Source: an uncultured virus (IMG/VR IMGVR_UViG_3300033074_001867) | Lineage: Duplodnaviria; Heunggongvirae; Uroviricota; Caudoviricetes | DNA length: 20,000 nt | Strand: one strand, 5' to 3' | Virus record (IMG/VR): IMGVR_UViG_3300033074_001867 | Part shown: piece by piece, positions 15,876 through 20,000 of the stretch | Layout of the letters: every line of letters begins with the position of its first letter | Numbering within the stretch: position 1 is the first letter of the stretch | Position numbers and translations under genes: made by a program | The notes under the pieces: generated by a model | The model's input: the letters and a program-made list of their open reading frames with translations, nothing else | Told to the model about the DNA's origin: nothing | Database searches by the model: none

Positions 15876-16169
15876 TACATTATTCCCTGTAAGCGTAGGC
15901 TCTACTACCGGAACCTTAACAGTGATCTCAGAGTACAGGACTTCTATCTGGATATTGTATTTGAACTTGAAATTAAGGATTTCTCTTTCTATGTGAATTG
16001 GCTGGAAACAGGTAATCATAAGACACTGAAGCCCGTTGTGCATAAAATGCGCTCCGAACTTACACATAAAACCCTTTTTCTCAGGCTTCTGAGCTTTGCC
16101 GAACTTTTTCTTGATCCTCCAGGCATATCCGGGAGAACCGGTGAGTAATACGCAGTTAAATACTTCCAT
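15870..16169 (-). CDS. Hypothetical protein
   Basis: Last gene of the minus-strand array, convergent with the + operon. Confidence 0.55.
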   Translation of the reverse strand: MEVFNCVLLTGSPGYAWRIKKKFGKAQKPEKKGFMCKFGAHFMHNGLQCLMITCFQPIHIEREILNFKFKYNIQIEVLYSEITVKVPVVEPTLTGNNVS

Positions 16170-16260
16170 GGTGTGTTATTTCCCGTCTGAACTCTTCGTA
16201 GCTGCTCTGTGGCAGTCCGAGCAGGGTTACTGTTTCTTGGTAGTTGTGGAGGTGGTTCAT
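16156..16260 (-). CDS. Small hypothetical protein (34 aa)
   Basis: Hand translation MNHLHNYQETVTLLGLPQSSYEEFRREITHHGSI; ATGA-coupled to the upstream gene. Confidence 0.45.
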   Translation of the reverse strand: MNHLHNYQETVTLLGLPQSSYEEFRREITHHGSI

Positions 16261-16472
16261 GATAGCTCATCAATTGCAGTATAACCCGCTAGAAGCGATG
16301 GAATAACTATTGTTACTGCTGCGCTTGCTATTGCTAATGCAACCCTAGCATCTTGTGACCATTCTGCGGGGTTAAGTTTCCATGTCCCGAAAGCAAAGGC
16401 TAAATAAACTATTAAACTTATTACCATTGCTGCTGCAAGCCCGTAAGCTGCGCTTTTTATTATTTTATTCAT
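16257..16472 (-). CDS. Small two-TM membrane protein
   Basis: Two hydrophobic helices around a W.LNP.EWS...R loop. Confidence 0.75.
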   Translation of the reverse strand: MNKIIKSAAYGLAAAMVISLIVYLAFAFGTWKLNPAEWSQDARVALAIASAAVTIVIPSLLAGYTAIDELS

Positions 16473-16505
16473 ATCTCTTCCTTTATAACAGTGTTTATGG
16501 TTGGG

Positions 16506-16649
16506 TTAATCAATAATTTCCGCTTGTGGATACCTTTGTTTCCATAGCTTAAAACTTGACATTTTGGTAACCACAATGGTTGTTTTCTTGTCAAGCCTTA
16601 CTTTAATCTTTTTTGAATCTGTTTTCGTTTTCGGGTATTTCTCTTTCAT
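16506..16649 (-). CDS. Small basic hypothetical protein (47 aa)
   Basis: Hand translation MKEKYPKTKTDSKKIKVRLDKKTTIVVTKMSSFKLWKQRYPQAEIID; ATGA-coupled. Confidence 0.6.
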   Translation of the reverse strand: MKEKYPKTKTDSKKIKVRLDKKTTIVVTKMSSFKLWKQRYPQAEIID

Positions 16650-17029
16650 CCTTGCGTCTGTTTTTGTGAGTGGAATAGTTTACGTAAATATGTTTCTAAT
16701 AATTCTGAGTTTGTTAGTTCTCTTGGGCCGCTACTGCCGCCGCTTCCAGCTATTGGATGAACTGTGACTTTATCCATAAAGGAAAGTTTGTCGCACCAAT
16801 CTTTGAACTCAATCGCAAACTTGTCACGGTCTAAGATTAACGCTACTAAGTAGTCGTGCTTTGCTTTCGGGGTTTTGCCTTTCAGCAGATCCATTATTGT
16901 GTTTTGGTATGATGTCATAGTTTCTATTTTTAAATTATCGTTTATACATGGACAGGTTAAATATTCGTCTTCGCCTGTTTTAACTGCTCCTGAATTTCCG
17001 CAGTCGGAACAACGTTCCTGTTCTTTCAT
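16646..17029 (-). CDS. Hypothetical protein with N-terminal Cys cluster
   Basis: CSDC...CPC motif. Confidence 0.65.
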   Translation of the reverse strand: MKEQERCSDCGNSGAVKTGEDEYLTCPCINDNLKIETMTSYQNTIMDLLKGKTPKAKHDYLVALILDRDKFAIEFKDWCDKLSFMDKVTVHPIAGSGGSSGPRELTNSELLETYLRKLFHSQKQTQG

Positions 17030-17070
17030 TCTTATGTCTGTTATGCCCGAAGGCGGTTAGGGGTTAGGGG

Positions 17071-17502
17071 TTACGACTGCATTATTATTTTTGCATCAAC
17101 TAAATAGTTCATGACTTTCCACCAATTTACAAATGGTCTTTCACTTTTTGTTTCATCTACAATTAATGGACAACCAAGTGCGGCATCATCAATATAAAGT
17201 TGGGCGTATGCTTTCGGGCTTGTGGTCCAAGTGTGTTGTGTTGGATTACTTTGAATTCCGTACAATGGGATGTCATTGTCTTTAAACCATTGGACCGCAT
17301 CACTTAGATAGTTTCCGCTTTCAAGGTGCAACTCATTATCTTCGCCTGTCGGATTCACTATATCGCTTCGCATTGTGAATAATACTAGTTGGTGACCGTC
17401 ATTTACAATCTGTTTCAAAACAGGAATTGCGCCAATATCTTTTCCAACTTTCGGAAATTCGTGGGTTACGCAAGTCCCGTCAAAATCTATTGCTATTATC
17501 AT
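17071..17502 (-). CDS. HAD-superfamily hydrolase (BT0820-like)
   Basis: IAIDFDGT motif I, LFTMR motif II, K.YA.LYIDD motifs III/IV. Confidence 0.9.
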   Translation of the reverse strand: MIIAIDFDGTCVTHEFPKVGKDIGAIPVLKQIVNDGHQLVLFTMRSDIVNPTGEDNELHLESGNYLSDAVQWFKDNDIPLYGIQSNPTQHTWTTSPKAYAQLYIDDAALGCPLIVDETKSERPFVNWWKVMNYLVDAKIIMQS

Positions 17503-17967
17503 TTTTCTTAGTCTTTAGTGTTGGTGAATTATTTGGATTTAAGAATATCTGTAATCTTTACATTAATGTCCATGCTATGCCATTGTCCTTTATTTTCGTT
17601 TATTAATTTTATAAGTTCATCGCTCATTTTATAATACTTCTCTGCTATCCCCTTCAACTGTTCTACTTCTGATTGCAAGGATTGAATAGTTTTATTAGCA
17701 AGTGAGAACCGATTAATTAAAGCAGACAATACAACATCGGTATCATAATTTAATCTTACAGGCACAGACATTGTAAATGCTTTTCCTCCTGTTTTACACA
17801 TCTTACTAACCCATTCATCGCAGATCAAATCTTTTGTTTTGTGTGAAGTGTTCCCTTCTAGCAGGTCAAACAACTTGCCGCACCTGCACACGCAAGGCAT
17901 TTCCATTTCATCGTCAAATTCTCTACTCATTTTTCTTAGTCTTTAGTGATTGGTGAATTATTTGGAT
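17499..17967. repeat. 40/41-bp direct repeat at gene junctions (17499-17538 and 17927-17967)
   Basis: TCATTTTTCTTAGTCTTTAGTG(A)TTGGTGAATTATTTGGAT, identical apart from one inserted A. Confidence 0.9.
17529..17930 (-). CDS. Hypothetical mosaic protein
   Basis: 133 aa; Cys-rich N-terminus and coiled-coil C-terminus. Confidence 0.65.
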   Translation of the reverse strand: MSREFDDEMEMPCVCRCGKLFDLLEGNTSHKTKDLICDEWVSKMCKTGGKAFTMSVPVRLNYDTDVVLSALINRFSLANKTIQSLQSEVEQLKGIAEKYYKMSDELIKLINENKGQWHSMDINVKITDILKSK

Positions 17968-18063
17968 GTGTAATGTTCTATTTTACCTCTTAACATTGTT
18001 CCGCAAAAAGGTTGCGCCTCTTTCAGCAACCCCTTCAACTGTTCTACTTCTGATTGCAGGGAT
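17649..18063. repeat. 34-bp intragenic direct repeat (17649-17682 and 18030-18063) encoding SLQSEVEQLKG
   Basis: CCCCTTCAACTGTTCTACTTCTGATTGCA[A/G]GGAT, one mismatch. Confidence 0.9.
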
Positions 18064-18650
18064 GAGGTCTTTTGACCGATAAAATCTTCTAGTGCAATAA
18101 GCATTTTAGGATTTGAAATTGTCATTGTTCCAAAAGGTGAAACTCTTTTGATGACATCTTGAAGTGTTTCCTTTTTCCCTTCCATCACAGGGGGCTGAGA
18201 GGCGAGTTTAAAGTGACGGTTTAAAAGTTTCATATCAGACCAAACATGGCTATGATTGTCTGTATTATTTGTAATACACCCTTCCAAATCGCAAACGTAT
18301 GTTTTGCCTTTAGTATAAGCCACCTTGTTTGATGGGTGCATAAAAAGTGTTTCAATACACTCAAACCTATTCCCTACAATCAAATCCTTATCTGTCAGCA
18401 AGTGTGCTTGTGATTCGGGGGCGGAAAGGAGGAGTAAGTAGTCGGAGGGTGAAATTAAATTATATGATGACGGCTTTCTGATAGTAGAAACAGGGTGGCC
18501 GTCTTTAGTAATCCAATATTTTTGTGTAAGTACGCCACCAAACTCAACCTCGTATTTTTTATTTATAAGTTGAATACACTCAACGGCTTCTTGGCTTCCA
18601 TCATATCGAAAGCAAACATTCTCTAGTGTCATTTCTGTTTTAGTTGTCAT
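17958..18650 (-). CDS. Hypothetical mosaic protein
   Basis: 230-aa ORF sharing a coiled-coil segment with the adjacent gene. Confidence 0.7.
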   Translation of the reverse strand: MTTKTEMTLENVCFRYDGSQEAVECIQLINKKYEVEFGGVLTQKYWITKDGHPVSTIRKPSSYNLISPSDYLLLLSAPESQAHLLTDKDLIVGNRFECIETLFMHPSNKVAYTKGKTYVCDLEGCITNNTDNHSHVWSDMKLLNRHFKLASQPPVMEGKKETLQDVIKRVSPFGTMTISNPKMLIALEDFIGQKTSSLQSEVEQLKGLLKEAQPFCGTMLRGKIEHYTSK

Positions 18651-18657
18651 GGGGTAG

Positions 18658-18909
18658 TTATTTGGAATCTTTTTTAGTTAATCGTGCTTTTAATTCGTGA
18701 ACAAATATTTCCGATTTGCTTGCAGGGAAAGTTGTATCTAAAGCGGTTAGAGCCGAAAGAAATAAATCGCTTCTATCAGCAACATATTCGGGTGAAATGA
18801 TTTTCACTTTGTCGGGTTCATCACATTCAATGACAACAATCCCTTTCTTTTCAATCTGCTTTCTCTTTGTAGCAGTGATTGCATTTTTTGGCAGTACGAT
18901 TATGTTCAT
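18658..18909 (-). CDS. Hypothetical protein
   Basis: 83-aa ORF in the tightly packed array. Confidence 0.7.
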   Translation of the reverse strand: MNIIVLPKNAITATKRKQIEKKGIVVIECDEPDKVKIISPEYVADRSDLFLSALTALDTTFPASKSEIFVHELKARLTKKDSK

Positions 18910-18940
18910 CTTGTATCTGTTGTTTAGTTGTTAGATTGGT

Positions 18941-19075
18941 TTAATTAAGTGGTTTATGTTTTTTGCACTTTTCGTTTGGACATACTACGTAGTAAATTCT
19001 CAATACTTCGTAATATTTAATATCACTATTTTGATAAGTGAATTCTAAATTACAGTAGTTACACTTTGTTTTCAT
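18941..19075 (-). CDS. Small Zn-ribbon protein (44 aa)
   Basis: Hand translation MKTKCNYCNLEFTYQNSDIKYYEVLRIYYVVCPNEKCKKHKPLN; ATGA-coupled. Confidence 0.65.
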   Translation of the reverse strand: MKTKCNYCNLEFTYQNSDIKYYEVLRIYYVVCPNEKCKKHKPLN

Positions 19076-19386
19076 TTCCCTTTCTCCTTTCCATTAGCAT
19101 CAATGACTTTCTGTTCCTGTTTAAATGTTTGATTGAAATAATCTTCGCTTCCATTATACGTACCTCTTATTTCCGAAACCGCTCCATTTTCAAACGCATC
19201 CACTATATTCTGCCGTTCTTCGGATTGTTTGGATTGAAGGTCTTCTACTACTGATTCTAAAATAGCTATGTGATTCATTACGGATAATTTGTTATCATCG
19301 CCTTCAATAAAATCTAAATACTCTCGCTTTGACTTTATACTTTTCTGATACTCCCCTATCAGTTGGGTTGTGATTAGTTCTTTCAT
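19072..19386 (-). CDS. Hypothetical protein
   Basis: EERQNIVDAFENG...EDYFNQTF segment of a type seen in Bacteroidota phage accessory proteins. Confidence 0.7.
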   Translation of the reverse strand: MKELITTQLIGEYQKSIKSKREYLDFIEGDDNKLSVMNHIAILESVVEDLQSKQSEERQNIVDAFENGAVSEIRGTYNGSEDYFNQTFKQEQKVIDANGKEKGK

Positions 19387-19850
19387 GGTAGGTTTAGTGT
19401 TTCAAAATAGAATATTACAGGCTTTGGTGTTTCCTGAACTTGTCCGTATCGTTTTGCAAATTTGTATGTTGCATTGTGATTTCTGTTTAATGAGTCAACC
19501 GTTTGCTCAATGTATTTTCTGAAATCATCTACTGAACTATTGCTTTTTGTGATATTGCAACTGTGACAAGCGGGTAAAGAATTTTCAACCGTATCACGTT
19601 CAGGATTTAAAACTTTGTCAAGAACCAATTTACTTGGAATGTGTTCGTATTCAGTGAACCATTGATTGGGTAATTCTTTATAGGTTACTTTTTCTTTTGT
19701 AACCTTGTGTCGGTAATGGCTTTCACTGTATTTCATTTGACGATTAACCGGTAGTACATGGTCTATGTGCCAATTCTTACCTAAAACATTCCCGCAATAA
19801 GCACACCGCCCATTACATTTATCAAGAATGTTTTTTCTGTCCGCTTTCAT
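19383..19850 (-). CDS. HNH endonuclease
   Basis: GRCAYCG...WHIDHVLP...ENSLPACHSCNITK. Confidence 0.85.
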   Translation of the reverse strand: MKADRKNILDKCNGRCAYCGNVLGKNWHIDHVLPVNRQMKYSESHYRHKVTKEKVTYKELPNQWFTEYEHIPSKLVLDKVLNPERDTVENSLPACHSCNITKSNSSVDDFRKYIEQTVDSLNRNHNATYKFAKRYGQVQETPKPVIFYFETLNLP

Positions 19851-19980
19851 CTTCTTTATTTTTTAACTGTTCTTTTTTAAAATACTCATCCCATTTTTCT
19901 AGTTTCTTGTTATACCTTTTTAATTCTCTGTAAGGATTGCAAGAGGTGAAAAGCAGGAGCAGGATTAGGAGGGGTTTCAT
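19822..19980 (-). CDS. Small lipoprotein (52 aa)
   Basis: Hand translation MKPLLILLLLFTSCNPYRELKRYNKKLEKW...; lipobox FTSC. Confidence 0.6.
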   Translation of the reverse strand: MKPLLILLLLFTSCNPYRELKRYNKKLEKWDEYFKKEQLKNKEDESGQKKHS

Positions 19981-20000
19981 TGGGGTTAGCCGATTATTTT

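Noticed and set aside
16016..16273. 85-aa minus-strand ORF
   Set aside because: Overlaps two better-coupled ORFs (16156-16260 and 15870-16169).
17055..17073. GGTTAGGGGTTAGGGGTTA telomere-like / G4 repeat
   Set aside because: Only about 2.5 units; it reads TAACCCC on the coding strand, similar to other leaders in this array (18651, 19981).
17499..18063. CRISPR array or DGR template/variable repeat
   Set aside because: Only two copies of each repeat about 400 nt apart, no adenine-specific mismatch pattern, and no cas or reverse transcriptase gene in the window.
1..20000. Stop-codon reassignment
   Set aside because: Code 11 gives full-length, tightly coupled genes, and TGA and TAG are used as genuine stops.

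Overview
Fragment of a Bacteroidota-infecting tailed phage or prophage, judged from SprB repeats, DUF3127-, DUF6291- and BT4734-like genes, TTTG-N21-TAnnTTTG promoters and the lack of Shine-Dalgarno motifs. The standard genetic code gives dense ORFs. Layout: 1-5897 (+) end of virion/tail genes and a holin-like membrane protein cluster; 5960-6930 an IR-flanked minus-strand gene plus a promoter-driven, highly structured ~400-nt non-coding region; 6948-8541 spanin-like gene, M15 endolysin and an HNH-like gene that ends in a synonymously recoded duplicate of the endolysin C-terminus; 8625-15875 (+) recombination/replication module (RHH-like regulator, SMC-like ATPase, RusA, O-like initiator with iterons, primase-helicase, DUF3127, C5 methyltransferase with a nested second ORF); 15870-20000 (-) small accessory genes with repeated junctions. 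The best leads are the endolysin-invading HNH element, the large ncRNA candidate and the nested two-subunit methyltransferase. All family calls come from reading motifs by eye; no searches were run.
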